A stretch of 64,000 bases of DNA, taken from an uncultured Nitrospiraceae bacterium (GTDB taxonomy: Bacteria > Nitrospirota > Nitrospiria > Nitrospirales > Nitrospiraceae). The stretch covers positions 608,001 through 672,000 of the forward strand of contig CAWJWJ010000002.1 in assembly GCA_963846575.1 (NCBI GenBank), written 5' to 3'. Shown here in pieces: positions 19,521 to 33,896 of the stretch. Each line of letters begins with the position of its first letter. Position 1 is the first letter of the stretch. Below the pieces are notes generated by a model, which was not told the DNA's origin, did no database searches, and saw only the letters and a program-made list of their open reading frames with translations. The translations under genes and the position numbers were made by a program.

Positions 19521-21788
19521 TCACAACTTCCCAAACATCCTCTCAAAAAACTGCTTCGTTGCTCTCATGTGCTCCTCAAGATCCGTCTGTAGATGCCTCG
19601 CTCCGGCTTGCCAATCGTCGGTGGTGTAGCCGACACGGCGGGCGAGAAAGACAAAATCATCGGAGTCCGTTGCCGGGAGCACGAGATCCTTGGCATTGCC
19701 ACGCACCATGCGCAATCCGTCGATCAGCATCCGAATGAAGAGGTAGGCTTTGCGCAGCTGTTCGCCGTCCTGCCGGGTTACAATTCCACGCCCGACAAGC
19801 CCTGCCAGCGCTTGCATGCTATTGGGTGTCCGCAAGGTCGGGTGTTGGTGTCCATGCATGAGTTGAAGGTATTGAATCGCATATTCAATGTCGACGAGCC
19901 CTCCGGCGCTATGTTTCACATTGACGGTTCCGGGCTCAACGAGTTGCTTCAGTTGCTGCCGCCTGAGGTCGAGGGCGACGGCGAGATCCCACGGTGTGCC
20001 GCTGTAGACGTACCGATCCCGATGGGCTTCGACCTGTTTTCCCAGCGCGGCATCTCCGGCAACGCTCCGAAGCTTGATCATGGCCTGTCGCTCGAAGGGC
20101 GCCGCCAGGCCGCCGGCGCTGTAATAACTGGCGATTTCGTCGAGAGGATTGGTGAGAGAGCCCTTGCCACCATGAGGGCGCAGGCGAATATCGAGATGGA
20201 AGATGCCTTCCTGTTTGGCTTCGATGCCTTGTAGGAGTTCTTGTGCGAGCCGTTCGAAATATTCGCTATTCTCGATGCTTATTTTTCCGCTAGTACGGCC
20301 TGCGCCGCCGTAGACGAAGAGGACCTCAATGTCCGATGCGTAGCCGAGCTCGCGGCCTCCGAATTTCCCCATCCCGAGTACGGCGAAGGGACAGGGTGTT
20401 TTAGTTGTCAGGCGCGGGGCACCATATTGTTTCCCCAACTTGCTTTGGCAATCGCGCAGACTGCGTTCGACGATCACCTCGGCGAGCTCCGTCAGCGCTT
20501 CTGAAAAGTCAGCGAGGCTTGAAGCATCCGCCATGTGCTTCATGTCGATGCGGAAGAGTTCCTGATCCTTGAATCGATTCAGGACCTCCTTGCGCGCAGC
20601 CTCGGTCTTGGCTTTGGCCATGAGGCGGTCGAGTTCCTTCCGGAGACCTGCTTGGGGCTTGATAAGCGGCGCATCGCGGTAGTCTTTTAAGAGGGGCAAC
20701 AGATTGCCATGCTGTCGGCGAAGAAAATCTTCCCATAAAAAGTCGCTGGTCCCCAGCAGGCGGGCGAGAATGGGAAAAGTCTTCTTGTCATTGAGAAAGG
20801 CGAGAGCCTGTTGCTGGGCCTTCCCTTTTGCCTCCTGCACGGTGAGGTCGAGGAATTGGTCGAAGGCTTCCAAGGCCTTGGCCGGGTCCGGCGCCCAGGT
20901 CAGGGCATGAGTGAACTGTTTGATAAGCACCGCGGTCAGACGCAGATGTTGTTGGTCGACGGAATCGGTGAGTTTTCGGCCGTGTCGATTCCGCACGTAA
21001 AAGCGATCGTGCAGCTTGTCACCCTCGATCGAGAATTGTGCTTTGGCAATGTAGATGTTGCGCATGGCCAGGGCATTGGCAAAGGCATAGAGAAAGGCCG
21101 GAGTGTCGTCTGATTGGATCTCCATCACGGTGTCCGTGGGGGACTGGCCATTGTCGAAGGTGATCTGAACAGTGTGCAGAAGGCCGCTGAATGCACTGCG
21201 GCGTTGTCCCAGGTATTCGACCAGTTGCCGGTTCACTGCCTGGCGTGCTTCGTCAAACTGGCCGCCGTCCAAAAGCGTAATCATCGCCGTGAGCTCGTTC
21301 ATCAGCCGGCTGCGATCGCCCTGTTGAAATGACGCGCCGCGCACCGGCTGCACGCGAAAGACGTCGACGATTTTTTTTCTGCCCAGACCGGGGCGGCCTT
21401 TCGGCCGGCCAAGTGTGTCGCCGGTCCAGTTGGTGCGAGTCGCAGGGGGTGCTTCGACGAAGGTGTAAATCCGCCCCTCTTCGATGTTTAGCCCGAAGGC
21501 GGAGAGGAGGCCGCAGATGGTGGCGAACTCGGAGAAGTAGTCATAGGCCACGATGGTGATGGTACAGCGGCCGTCGGTCGCGTCGGCGATTGACAGATCG
21601 CAGAGGTGGTCCGGCGTGAGTGTGGCGGCCTGCTTGATATGGCTCGCGAGAATTTTCGGAGAGAAGGCCGTGAAGTAATCGGGGTCCATCCGGTTGATGA
21701 AGTCCTGCAGAATGTCGGTGTCCACGCCTTGGCAGATCGGCGTGAGAGTCGCGAGGAGACGATCGCGAGCGGCATCAGCAGGCAGCAT
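19521..21788 (-). CDS. glnE: GlnE-like protein: N-terminal ACT-like domains plus one nucleotidyltransferase module
   Basis: LGMGKFGGRELGYASDIEV, DIRLRPHG, FERQAMIK, VKHSAGGLVDIEY; ACT-like TITIVAYDY and TVMEIQSDDTPAFL. Confidence 0.8.
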   Translation of the reverse strand: MLPADAARDRLLATLTPICQGVDTDILQDFINRMDPDYFTAFSPKILASHIKQAATLTPDHLCDLSIADATDGRCTITIVAYDYFSEFATICGLLSAFGLNIEEGRIYTFVEAPPATRTNWTGDTLGRPKGRPGLGRKKIVDVFRVQPVRGASFQQGDRSRLMNELTAMITLLDGGQFDEARQAVNRQLVEYLGQRRSAFSGLLHTVQITFDNGQSPTDTVMEIQSDDTPAFLYAFANALAMRNIYIAKAQFSIEGDKLHDRFYVRNRHGRKLTDSVDQQHLRLTAVLIKQFTHALTWAPDPAKALEAFDQFLDLTVQEAKGKAQQQALAFLNDKKTFPILARLLGTSDFLWEDFLRRQHGNLLPLLKDYRDAPLIKPQAGLRKELDRLMAKAKTEAARKEVLNRFKDQELFRIDMKHMADASSLADFSEALTELAEVIVERSLRDCQSKLGKQYGAPRLTTKTPCPFAVLGMGKFGGRELGYASDIEVLFVYGGAGRTSGKISIENSEYFERLAQELLQGIEAKQEGIFHLDIRLRPHGGKGSLTNPLDEIASYYSAGGLAAPFERQAMIKLRSVAGDAALGKQVEAHRDRYVYSGTPWDLAVALDLRRQQLKQLVEPGTVNVKHSAGGLVDIEYAIQYLQLMHGHQHPTLRTPNSMQALAGLVGRGIVTRQDGEQLRKAYLFIRMLIDGLRMVRGNAKDLVLPATDSDDFVFLARRVGYTTDDWQAGARHLQTDLEEHMRATKQFFERMFGKL

Positions 21789-21855
21789 GGTAGGCGAGTA
21801 TACCCGAAGCCGGTTTCATTGTACCGGAAGAATTGCACCAGTATAATGCGGCTCC

Positions 21856-25328
<3,473 letters not shown>

Positions 25329-25365
25329 CTAATAGTCGTGAGATCGGGGTTAGTCAGATTCAGAA

Positions 25366-25668
25366 TTAGTTGGTGAAAATGCCCAACACGTCTTCTTCCT
25401 TGAGGATCAGGCATTCTTCATCTTCAATGCGGAGTTTGCTGCCGGAATACTTGTCGAACAACACCTGGTCGCCGACCTTGATGTTTTCGACCTTCTTCCC
25501 AATGGCTTGCACGATCCCTCGTTGCGGCTTTTCCTTCGCGGAGTCAGGAACATAGATTCCGCCGGAGGTCCGCTCCATTTCCTCAGTGTAGGTGACGAAC
25601 AAACGGTCACCGAGCGGCTGAAAATTCTTCGCAGCCGTTGATTTCTTCTCTTTCGCTTCCGTAGCCAT
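25366..25668 (-). CDS. groES: Co-chaperonin GroES
   Basis: FQPLGDR, TSGGIYVPDSAKEKP, KVGDQVLF; lies upstream of groEL. Confidence 0.96.
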   Translation of the reverse strand: MATEAKEKKSTAAKNFQPLGDRLFVTYTEEMERTSGGIYVPDSAKEKPQRGIVQAIGKKVENIKVGDQVLFDKYSGSKLRIEDEECLILKEEDVLGIFTN

Positions 25669-25782
25669 ACCCAATCCTCCTTCTGGTGATGAGCGTCGAG
25701 GCCCTAATGTACAGTTGTGTGAAAGCTGGCAAATCAGCTTTGACGTGTTACCGCAAGGGCTCCCTGCAGTAAACTCGAAGCA

Positions 25783-25810
25783 TAGATAGCGCTGGCATGA
25801 GGCAAGTCAA
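25783..25810 (-). promoter_or_regulatory. Candidate groESL promoter (sigma70- or RpoH-like)
   Basis: Minus strand reads TTGACT-N16-TATCTA upstream of groES. Confidence 0.35.
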
Positions 25811-25931
25811 TGGATGGACTATAAATTTATTCTGGCACGAGCTGCAAATGGGATAATCGATCGCAAACGCTTGATTCTAGGCGATATGGTTCCTGCCTCT
25901 GGTCATCTGGTTAGGGCCTCTTCGATGGAGG

Positions 25932-27554
25932 CTACTCTCTGTAGGGGCGTAGCGCCTGTTCACAAGGTCGAGCTGTCTTCCCTGGAGCCTCCGATGGTGC
26001 CATTCCGGCCAGAAATCCAAGAATACGGTGGGTGATCTGCCGGGCGGCCTCGCTGGACCGTGCGTTCCGCAGAGCCGGGGCGTTGTAGTCGTCGAGCCCC
26101 CAACTCCATTGAATGGTGCCGGAGGCGAATACCCGGCCACCGCCGGCTGTCTCATATAGCGTCATATCCCCGTGAACGACCCGTCCGTCGCGGTCATAAG
26201 GAGAATGGGCGAGCACGGTCAATCCGGCCGGTCCGTTTGGAAAGGCCCGGTCGATTTCGTACCCCAGCAGGCCAGGGAGCCGATGATCCTTGGGTAATGT
26301 CACACCGGCGAACAGGGGGTGGGAAGGCATAGTAATGAGAACATCCCCATCTACCGGCACGGTCTCATACATGACCCCGATTAATTCCTGCTCCGGTCTG
26401 TTCACTGGCGGGTCGCGCCATTGGACGGTCACCAAGTGATCGTTCGACGGATCCCCGTCGACAGCATAGGGGTCTTCTGTCTGGCCCGCTTCCTTGTACG
26501 AGACCATCGTTCGGTCGGGCTCGCCCGTCAGCGGGCTGGGTTCGAGCCTAATTTGCCAGTAACAGGTATTGGCCGAGAAAAAGCCGAGACTCAGACCCTG
26601 GTCTCGAGCCCCCTCCACATGGCGCCGCATCTCAAACGACCAGTATTCATCATGCCCCACTGATAGCCATGCTTTGTGTCCCCGCCAAAAGTCCGCACGG
26701 TTATGCGTATCAATGTCGGTGCTGTAGGTGACATCGTACCCATTGCGCTCCAGCCAGCGGACCATGTTGTATTCCCATCCGGCCGTGGAAAGTGAGCGGG
26801 TAGGATGGATCGACAGAGCAGTGAGAAATTCTCCGGCACCGGTACCGCTGCCGCCATTGGGATGTTGGCTACGGGCATAGGGACGGTTAAACGACACTTT
26901 TCTGGCCCATTGTTCATTCAGGCTGTTTGACGGATAGGTCGACTTGCCGCCCCAGTTGTTGTAGGCCTGGAACGTCGTGACGCTGGATTGAAACAGGAAG
27001 TCGGAGGTCCGCTCATCCTCCCGGATCACGAAGATGATGTAACTTTGTTTGCCGCTGGTTGTACCGGTCAACTGGGCCAGATAGACACCGCTCAGCCAGT
27101 CACCAGGATTGTCGGACTGTGTGTTCACCACATAGGACACCTGCCAATCACATTCGATGAGTCCCGTCGCCGGCTCCGGTACCGGCATGGGTTGTTGAAT
27201 GCCCGGCAGGTTGATGCCGCCCAGTACCAGCCGCGCACCGGTTCCTCCATACCACCCCATACGATACAGCGCGACCTTCACCCAAGGATCTGTGCTGTGG
27301 ATGTACAGGCGAAGTGCCTCACCGCGCTGGATGCTGGTGGCTGAGGCATACCCTTCGACCTCGTGGTCGGCTGGATTGGTCAGGACCCAGTCGGCGCTGC
27401 CGGGCCGGGTATTCTCAATTGTCACGGGTGAATCGGTCGTCGGGTAGGCCCTGACAAGGGATGCGGTCACGACCGTGAGCAGGAGGATCGTACTGGCGAG
27501 GCGGACGAGGCACGCCCGGTTACATTCGAAGCCTGTCAAAATCTTTGACATCCT
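25932..27554 (-). CDS. Exported N,N-dimethylformamidase beta-subunit-like protein (start uncertain)
   Basis: YRMGWYGG, TFQAYNNWGG, VSFNRPY, EYNMVRWLE, SVGHDEYW, VFASGTIQWSWGL; N-terminal hydrophobic segment. Confidence 0.75.
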   Translation of the reverse strand, partial: RMSKILTGFECNRACLVRLASTILLLTVVTASLVRAYPTTDSPVTIENTRPGSADWVLTNPADHEVEGYASATSIQRGEALRLYIHSTDPWVKVALYRMGWYGGTGARLVLGGINLPGIQQPMPVPEPATGLIECDWQVSYVVNTQSDNPGDWLSGVYLAQLTGTTSGKQSYIIFVIREDERTSDFLFQSSVTTFQAYNNWGGKSTYPSNSLNEQWARKVSFNRPYARSQHPNGGSGTGAGEFLTALSIHPTRSLSTAGWEYNMVRWLERNGYDVTYSTDIDTHNRADFWRGHKAWLSVGHDEYWSFEMRRHVEGARDQGLSLGFFSANTCYWQIRLEPSPLTGEPDRTMVSYKEAGQTEDPYAVDGDPSNDHLVTVQWRDPPVNRPEQELIGVMYETVPVDGDVLITMPSHPLFAGVTLPKDHRLPGLLGYEIDRAFPNGPAGLTVLAHSPYDRDGRVVHGDMTLYETAGGGRVFASGTIQWSWGLDDYNAPALRNARSSEAARQITHRILGFLAGMAPSEAPGKTARPCEQALRPYRE

Positions 27555-28530
27555 TTTTAATGTAATCGCGGAGCCGCTTAATGATGCGCGCCTCAAGCTG
27601 TCTCGTGCGTTCCTTCGTTATGCCGTATTTGGCCCCCATGTCTTCGAGCGTGAGGGGGGTTTCGGACAGGATACGGTTGCGAAGAATATCTTCCTCGCGC
27701 TCGTCGAGGGTCTTCGTGAATTCGGCCAGCTTCATTCGAAACAGGGCTTTGAGTTGCGTATCGGCCAGTTTTTCGTCGGCCGGTTGTTCATGGGCGGGGA
27801 GCACATCCATGAGCGTCCCGTCCTGTTCCTGGCCGATCGGCTGGTCGAGCGACAATTCCCAGCTTCCCAGCCGCTGGTCCATTTCGATGACGTCTCGCTC
27901 GCGGACATTCAGGCGGTCTGCAAGGAGCTTGCTGTCCGGGGCAAAGCCTTCACGTTCAAGTTTGGCCTTTTCCTTTTTGAGGTTATAAAACAGCTTGCGC
28001 TGGTCTTGGGTAGTGCCGATCTTGATTAAGCGATAGGTGTTCAGCAGATAGCGAAGAATGTACGCCCTGGCCCACCAGGCGGCATAGGCATAGAAGCGGA
28101 CGTTTTTCGTAGGATCAAACTTTTTGATGGCCTGAAGCAGTCCGACATTCCCTTCCTGAATCAGATCCATATGGTCGGCGCCCGTATGGAGATACTCGGA
28201 TGCGATGGAGACAGAGACCCGCAGGTTGGCGAGAATGAGCTTCATAGCCGCCTCGCGGCTACCCCGTTGCTGATATTCTTCGAAGAGACGAAGCTCCTCC
28301 TCCTTCGTGAGATAAGGATACCGCCTGAGTTCCGTGAGGTATTGCTGGATTGTGGTGACGGGAACCAGGGATGTCGAGAGCGGTGTCTCGGCGGGTTCGT
28401 TCAGTGCCTGTCGGTCGGCCGTGGCGTGTTCTTCCGTGACCTCCTCGTCAGTCGGCTCCAAATGTTCGGGGTCGACGGCGTCTTCGGCCAGGTCTTCGTC
28501 GGAATCGGGCGTCTGCTTGCTCTGTGCCAT
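27520..28530 (-). CDS. rpoH: RNA polymerase sigma factor, RpoH (sigma32) type
   Basis: DLIQEGNVGL, RpoH-box-like QRKLFYNL, region 4 GITKERTRQLE. Confidence 0.9.
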   Translation of the reverse strand: MAQSKQTPDSDEDLAEDAVDPEHLEPTDEEVTEEHATADRQALNEPAETPLSTSLVPVTTIQQYLTELRRYPYLTKEEELRLFEEYQQRGSREAAMKLILANLRVSVSIASEYLHTGADHMDLIQEGNVGLLQAIKKFDPTKNVRFYAYAAWWARAYILRYLLNTYRLIKIGTTQDQRKLFYNLKKEKAKLEREGFAPDSKLLADRLNVRERDVIEMDQRLGSWELSLDQPIGQEQDGTLMDVLPAHEQPADEKLADTQLKALFRMKLAEFTKTLDEREEDILRNRILSETPLTLEDMGAKYGITKERTRQLEARIIKRLRDYIKKDVKDFDRLRM

Positions 28531-28729
28531 GCTTCTGTACATTCGCTCGTTGCAAGCTGTGACTATACCAGATGTCAGGCGTAGGACAATACGCGACTTG
28601 CCGCATCGGCATCAGCGATCCCTTGCGTCTCCGAAATCCTGCCTCGTATATTGCCCAAGTCGGGCCGCGATCTGTCACAATCAACGTGAAGCAGTTCGTG
28701 AGATGAACCGACAGCACTCGAGGTCATAG

Positions 28730-29959
28730 ATGAAGGAACATAACCTAGTCGCCGCTCTTCGTTCGGGACATTGGCCCACGCTGGCCGGCGCATGGCTGCA
28801 CCTTACCGTCAGTTTTATGGTGTGGGTGCTGTTCGGCGCGTTGGCTGTGGCCCTCGGGGAAGAACTCCGTCTCACGTCGCCGCAACTGAGCCTGCTGGTG
28901 GCCCTTCCGCTGCTGGGCGGTGCGCTCCTGCGGATCGCGGCAGGGTGGGGCTGCGATTGGTATGGCGCAAGGCGGACCGGGCTTCTGGTGCTGGGTCTTC
29001 AGTTGATCGCAGTGTCCTGGGCGGTGTTCGGTGGGACCAGCTATGGAGAGTTGCTCGGTATCGGACTCTTACTCGGCGCCGGTGGCGCGAGTTTCGCCGT
29101 GGCCATGCCAGTGGCCAGCCGGGCCTATCCCGCGGCTCACCAGGGGCTGGTGTTAGGGCTGGTCGCGTCCGGGAATGTTGGGACTGTCTTGATCCTCTTT
29201 CTCGCCCCGCGGTGGGAATCCTCATTGGGATGGCATGGAGCCTGCGCGGTCATGCTGCTCCCATTACTGCTGGCACTCGGGCTTTTTTCCAGCGTGGTGC
29301 GGGACGAGACGCCGGTGCGGTCCCCTGCCCGCGGTGCCTGGTTGCATGCCGCCACGGAGATGATGCGCGTTCCCTCCGTCTACTGGCTCTGTTTGATCTA
29401 TGGCATTACATTCGGCGGGTTTGTCGGGCTGACGAGTTTTCTTCCGCTCCTCCTGCATGATCACTACGGCAGTGATCCCATTGTCGGCGGTTCAATCGCC
29501 GGGCTCTGCGGACTGGTGGGGAGTTTGATTCGTCCGCTGGGGGGGTATGTGGCGGATCGGTGGGGTGGATGGCGTGTCCTGGTGGGGGTGTTCGTGTTAC
29601 TCGCCCTCCTTAGCCTCCTGACGGCCTCGCTTCCTGCCCTGACCTGGGCCGTGGGATTATTGATGGTTCTGGTTACGGTCATGGGATTCGGGAATGGCGT
29701 CATTTTTCAGATTGTCTCAGAATGGTTTCCCAGGGATATCGGGCTGGCGTCCGGTCTCGTCGGAGCGGCCGGAGGAATCGGTGGATTCTTTGTTCCCATT
29801 TGGTTCGGACTGTTGCGTGAAAGTACGGGGACCTATACCACTGGTTTCATCGGGCTCTCCCTGCTCAGTCTCGTGGCTTCGATGACGGTCACTCCGGCGT
29901 TGCGGTGGCGCCCGCGCACGGTGACCGAGGCTTCGAATGCCGGCGGCTTTTCTCGTTGA
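28730..29959 (+). CDS. MFS transporter, NarK/NasA nitrate/nitrite family
   Basis: GHWPTL, ALLRI..G, GASFAVA, SGNVGT, ITFGGFVG, IRPLGGYVADRWGG, GNGVIFQ. Confidence 0.85.
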   Translation: MKEHNLVAALRSGHWPTLAGAWLHLTVSFMVWVLFGALAVALGEELRLTSPQLSLLVALPLLGGALLRIAAGWGCDWYGARRTGLLVLGLQLIAVSWAVFGGTSYGELLGIGLLLGAGGASFAVAMPVASRAYPAAHQGLVLGLVASGNVGTVLILFLAPRWESSLGWHGACAVMLLPLLLALGLFSSVVRDETPVRSPARGAWLHAATEMMRVPSVYWLCLIYGITFGGFVGLTSFLPLLLHDHYGSDPIVGGSIAGLCGLVGSLIRPLGGYVADRWGGWRVLVGVFVLLALLSLLTASLPALTWAVGLLMVLVTVMGFGNGVIFQIVSEWFPRDIGLASGLVGAAGGIGGFFVPIWFGLLRESTGTYTTGFIGLSLLSLVASMTVTPALRWRPRTVTEASNAGGFSR

Positions 29960-30083
29960 CAGGTGCGGCATGAAAAGAGTTAGCTGAGCCACCGGGGGTG
30001 GAAATGATGATCAGCGGCTGCCGGGGCTGATCAAGCACGAGGAGGGCCTCGGATACGACCCCGGAGCTTACGATTGAGGAGCT

Positions 30084-31292
30084 ATGACGACACCGTTTCA
30101 TTCGATCGAAGATGCGATCAAGGACATCAAGAAGGGGAAGTTTGTCATCCTCATCGATGATGAAGATCGTGAAAATGAAGGCGACCTCGTGATGGCGGCC
30201 GGCAAGGTCACCCCGCACGCCGTGAACTTTATGGCCAAGCATGCGCGGGGTCTGATCTGTCTGGCGCTGACACCGGAACGGGTGGAGGAATTGCAACTGC
30301 CCCCGCAAGCCGTGGAGAACACCGCCACGTTCGGTACGGCCTTCACGGTGTCCATCGATGCGCGCAAGGGTATCACCACCGGCATTTCCGCTGCTGATCG
30401 TGCGACCACCATTCATGTCGCTATCGATCCTCAGTCCAAGCCGGTGGATCTGGCGCGTCCAGGTCATATTTTCCCGCTCAAATCACAGGTTGGGGGTGTA
30501 CTCCGTCGTGCCGGGCAGACCGAAGGGTCGGTGGATCTCGCCCGCTTGGCCGGCCTGTATCCTGCGGGAGTCATCTGCGAAATCATGAACGAGGATGGCA
30601 CGATGGCCCGCGTGCCGGAACTGGCCAAATTCGCCAAGCAGCACAAGTTGAAGCTGGTCACGATCAAGGCACTGATCGAATACCGCATGCATCGTGAAAC
30701 CTTTGTCCATCGTGCGGCAAGCGCGCTTTTGCCCACCACGTTCGGCGACTTCGAGGCGATTGCATTCGAAAGTCAAATCGACGGTGCGACGCACATTGCC
30801 TTGGTAAAGGGACAGGTCGATGCGCCGACGCCGATGCTCGTCCGCGTCCATTCCGGTTGCCTCACCGCAGATGTGCTGGGGTCTCTACGCTGCGATTGCC
30901 GCGAGCAACTCCATCGCGCCATGGAAATTATCCAGAAAGAAGGCCGTGGGGTGCTGCTCTATCTGAATCAGGAAGGTCGCGGGATCGGCCTGCTGAATAA
31001 GATTAAAGCCTACGGTTTGCAGGACCAGGGTAGTGACACCGTCGAAGCGAATCTTCAGCTCGGTTTCAAGGCCGATCTGCGTGATTACGGCGTGGGGGCG
31101 CAGATCCTGGTCCAGCTTGGCCTGCATCGCATCAGATTGATTACCAACAATCCCCGCAAGATCGTCGGGATAGAGGGCTACGGGCTGAAGGTCGTCGAAC
31201 GGGTTCCGATCGAAATTGCCCCGCGTGCCGACAATGAGAAATATCTCCGTACGAAAAAATCCAAACTCGGCCATCTGTTGAAGAAAGTCTGA
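30084..31292 (+). CDS. ribBA: Bifunctional DHBP synthase / GTP cyclohydrolase II
   Basis: [16 protein letters not shown]...[20 protein letters not shown]. Confidence 0.98.
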   Translation: MTTPFHSIEDAIKDIKKGKFVILIDDEDRENEGDLVMAAGKVTPHAVNFMAKHARGLICLALTPERVEELQLPPQAVENTATFGTAFTVSIDARKGITTGISAADRATTIHVAIDPQSKPVDLARPGHIFPLKSQVGGVLRRAGQTEGSVDLARLAGLYPAGVICEIMNEDGTMARVPELAKFAKQHKLKLVTIKALIEYRMHRETFVHRAASALLPTTFGDFEAIAFESQIDGATHIALVKGQVDAPTPMLVRVHSGCLTADVLGSLRCDCREQLHRAMEIIQKEGRGVLLYLNQEGRGIGLLNKIKAYGLQDQGSDTVEANLQLGFKADLRDYGVGAQILVQLGLHRIRLITNNPRKIVGIEGYGLKVVERVPIEIAPRADNEKYLRTKKSKLGHLLKKV

Positions 31293-31451
31293 CACCGCAA
31301 GACGGGTTCAATCTGCATCACCTTTCGAGGGTGGCGTAGGTTCGACCACGGCCTGAAACGTGTAGCCATTTGAGGCCCATTCCAGGTATGATCCCCCTCT
31401 TTCTTCCATACAGACACAGTTCATGAGACGTCCGAACCGTCACGCAAGCCG

Positions 31452-31997
31452 ATGAAGCTCCGCAAAGGGTCCCAAGACGCGACGGGTCTGACTTTCGGCG
31501 TCGTGGCGAGTAAATTCAATAAGTTCGTGACGGGCCGCTTGCTGGCAGAATGCGTGAACACCTTGATCAAGGCCGGAGCGAGAGATGAGGCCATCGAGGT
31601 CATTCGGGTCCCGGGCGCCTTCGAGATTCCGTTAGTGGCTCGCCAACTCGCACGATGCGGCCGATTTGATGCGGTGATCTGTCTGGGCGCGGTTATTCGT
31701 GGCGATACTCCTCATTTTGAGTACATCAGCACCGAAGTCAGTCGGGGAATTATGCAGGCCTCCCTGGAGTCGAATGTGCCGGTGGTGTTCGGCGTGTTAA
31801 CGACCGACACGGTGGCTCAGGCGATCGAACGCGCGGATCCGATGAAAATGAATCGCGGGGCCGACGCGGCAAAAACGGCTATCGAAATGGTGAACGTTAT
31901 GCGGTTGCTCGGTAAGGATGCGAGCGGAGGGCCGTCGTCACTGGAGGTCAGTGCTACGCGACGGGCCGGGCGATCTGCGACGAGGCAAAAGCGCTGA
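31452..31997 (+). CDS. ribH: Lumazine synthase
   Basis: [28 protein letters not shown]. Confidence 0.97.
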   Translation: MKLRKGSQDATGLTFGVVASKFNKFVTGRLLAECVNTLIKAGARDEAIEVIRVPGAFEIPLVARQLARCGRFDAVICLGAVIRGDTPHFEYISTEVSRGIMQASLESNVPVVFGVLTTDTVAQAIERADPMKMNRGADAAKTAIEMVNVMRLLGKDASGGPSSLEVSATRRAGRSATRQKR

Positions 31998-32010
31998 TCG
32001 GCGCCGCATT

Positions 32011-32484
32011 ATGGCCTCTCGACATCATGCCCGTGAACGGGCGGTACAGATTCTCTTTCAATACGACATTCATGGCCAGGCCGGCTCGTGGTTGGACGAG
32101 TTTTGGGCTCAGTATCCCCTGTCCGATGAGTTGCGGGTCTTCGCGGATCGATTGGTCGAAGGCGTACGGACCAGCCGGAAAGAGTTGGATGCCCTGATCA
32201 CCACCTATGCCACCAACTGGAAAGTCAGCCGCATGCCGATCATCGACCGCAATATTCTGCGGATGGGCTGTTTTGAATTGTTGTATGCGCCTGAAGTGCC
32301 CGCGAAGGTGACGCTGAATGAAGCGATCGAACTGGCCAAAAGTTTCGGCGATGACGAAGCGTCCAAATTCGTTAACGGGATTTTGGACAAGTTGTTGAAC
32401 TCCGACGCCCGGCTGGAACGGAAGCGTGCGTTCCCGGAACTGCCCGTCGTGGGGAGTGATCCGGGCGCGAATCGTGGCGCATAA
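32011..32484 (+). CDS. nusB: Transcription antitermination factor NusB
   Basis: [36 protein letters not shown]. Confidence 0.97.
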   Translation: MASRHHARERAVQILFQYDIHGQAGSWLDEFWAQYPLSDELRVFADRLVEGVRTSRKELDALITTYATNWKVSRMPIIDRNILRMGCFELLYAPEVPAKVTLNEAIELAKSFGDDEASKFVNGILDKLLNSDARLERKRAFPELPVVGSDPGANRGA

Positions 32485-32561
32485 GGCGTTCGATGGACAT
32501 GGTGCGTGCGAGCATCCTAAACGTAGGCCTCCTCACGAACGGGAAACGATGAGAACACACG

Positions 32562-33896
32562 ATGATTGACCGGTATACCCGTCCGCGGATGAGTGCCATC
32601 TGGGACCTGCAGCACAAGTACGAAATCTGGTTGGAAGTGGAACTCCAAGCCTGTGCCGCCTTTGAGCGAGACGGGCAAATTCCTCGTGGAACCAGTGCCC
32701 GTATTCGCAAAAAAGCCGTCATTGACGTGGGTCGCATTGCGGACATCGAAAAGGTCACGAAGCACGATGTCATTGCATTTCTGGAATCACTGATGCATTC
32801 CGTGGGGCCGGAACACCGCTTCCTTCACATGGGCTTGACCTCATCGGACATTGTCGATACGTCGCTTGCGGTGCAAATGACCGAAGCGCTGGATCTCATA
32901 CTCGAAGACCTCGACGGGTTGATCGCCGTGTTGAAGGAACGAGCCCTGGAACATCGCCACACAGTCATGGTCGGTCGTTCGCACGGCATACATGGCGAAC
33001 CGGTTTCGTTCGGCTTTAAACTGGCGATCTGGTACGAGGAGGCCTGCCGGCATCGAACCAGACTGCAAGCGGCCCGCAAAGATATCGCGGTAGGCAAGCT
33101 TTCGGGAGCAATGGGGACCTTCGCACATCAAGGTCCGGAAATCGAGGAATATGTCTGCGGCAAGATGGGACTGGCCTCGGACCCGGTGTCGAATCAAGTC
33201 GTACAACGTGACCGGCATGCAGCCTACGCCTCAGCGCTGGCATTACTGGCGGCCAGCATTGAGAAAATCGCGACGGAGATTCGTCACCTCCAGCGGACGG
33301 AAGTGCTTGAAGCGGAGGAGTATTTCTCTGAGGGGCAAAAGGGCTCGTCGGCGATGCCGCACAAACGCAATCCGATCGCCTCGGAAAATCTCTGCGGCCT
33401 GGCTCGGCTGGTCCGGGGCAACAGTCTGGCTGCACTGGAAAACGTCGCACTCTGGCATGAGCGGGACATCAGCCATTCGTCGGTCGAGCGGGTGATCATG
33501 CCGGACAGCACAATCCTGGTGGACTACATGCTCGCTCGCGTGACCGACCTCGTGAAGAATCTGATTGTCTATCCCGAGCGCATGAAGCGGAACATGGACC
33601 TGACCGGAGGACTGGTATTCTCTCAGCGATTGTTGCTGGCGCTTATCGAGAAGGGGGCACAGCGAAAAGAGTCCTACGAGGCCGTGCAGCGCAATGCCAT
33701 GACCGCCTGGAAAGGCGGGATCGGTTTTCAGGAACTTGTCGGTCAGGATGCGTTCATCACAAAACATCTAAAGCCCAGCGAGATCACGGCTTGTTTCGAC
33801 CCTATGTATTATTTGCGACATCTCGATCAGGTGTTTCGTCGTGTGTTTGGGGCCAGTGCGGTGGCGTCGGGACGAGGCCGTAGGAGGCGGACATGA
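32562..33896 (+). CDS. purB: Adenylosuccinate lyase
   Basis: GSSAMPHKRNP, LWHERDISHSSVER. Confidence 0.98.
   Translation: MIDRYTRPRMSAIWDLQHKYEIWLEVELQACAAFERDGQIPRGTSARIRKKAVIDVGRIADIEKVTKHDVIAFLESLMHSVGPEHRFLHMGLTSSDIVDTSLAVQMTEALDLILEDLDGLIAVLKERALEHRHTVMVGRSHGIHGEPVSFGFKLAIWYEEACRHRTRLQAARKDIAVGKLSGAMGTFAHQGPEIEEYVCGKMGLASDPVSNQVVQRDRHAAYASALALLAASIEKIATEIRHLQRTEVLEAEEYFSEGQKGSSAMPHKRNPIASENLCGLARLVRGNSLAALENVALWHERDISHSSVERVIMPDSTILVDYMLARVTDLVKNLIVYPERMKRNMDLTGGLVFSQRLLLALIEKGAQRKESYEAVQRNAMTAWKGGIGFQELVGQDAFITKHLKPSEITACFDPMYYLRHLDQVFRRVFGASAVASGRGRRRRT

Noticed and set aside
25833..25846. Sigma54-like TGGCAC...TGC near groES
   Set aside because: GG-to-GC spacing is 8 nt rather than 10, and it points away from groES
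25680..25930. CIRCE element upstream of groES
   Set aside because: No TTAGCACTC-N9-GAGTGCTAA match seen
28670..28690. ANTAR-like hairpin upstream of the NarK-like gene (TCAC-AATCAAC-GTGA)
   Set aside because: Seven-base loop with no G4, no partner hairpin and no terminator
29960..30083. FMN riboswitch upstream of ribBA
   Set aside because: The gap is short and lacks the conserved RFN blocks
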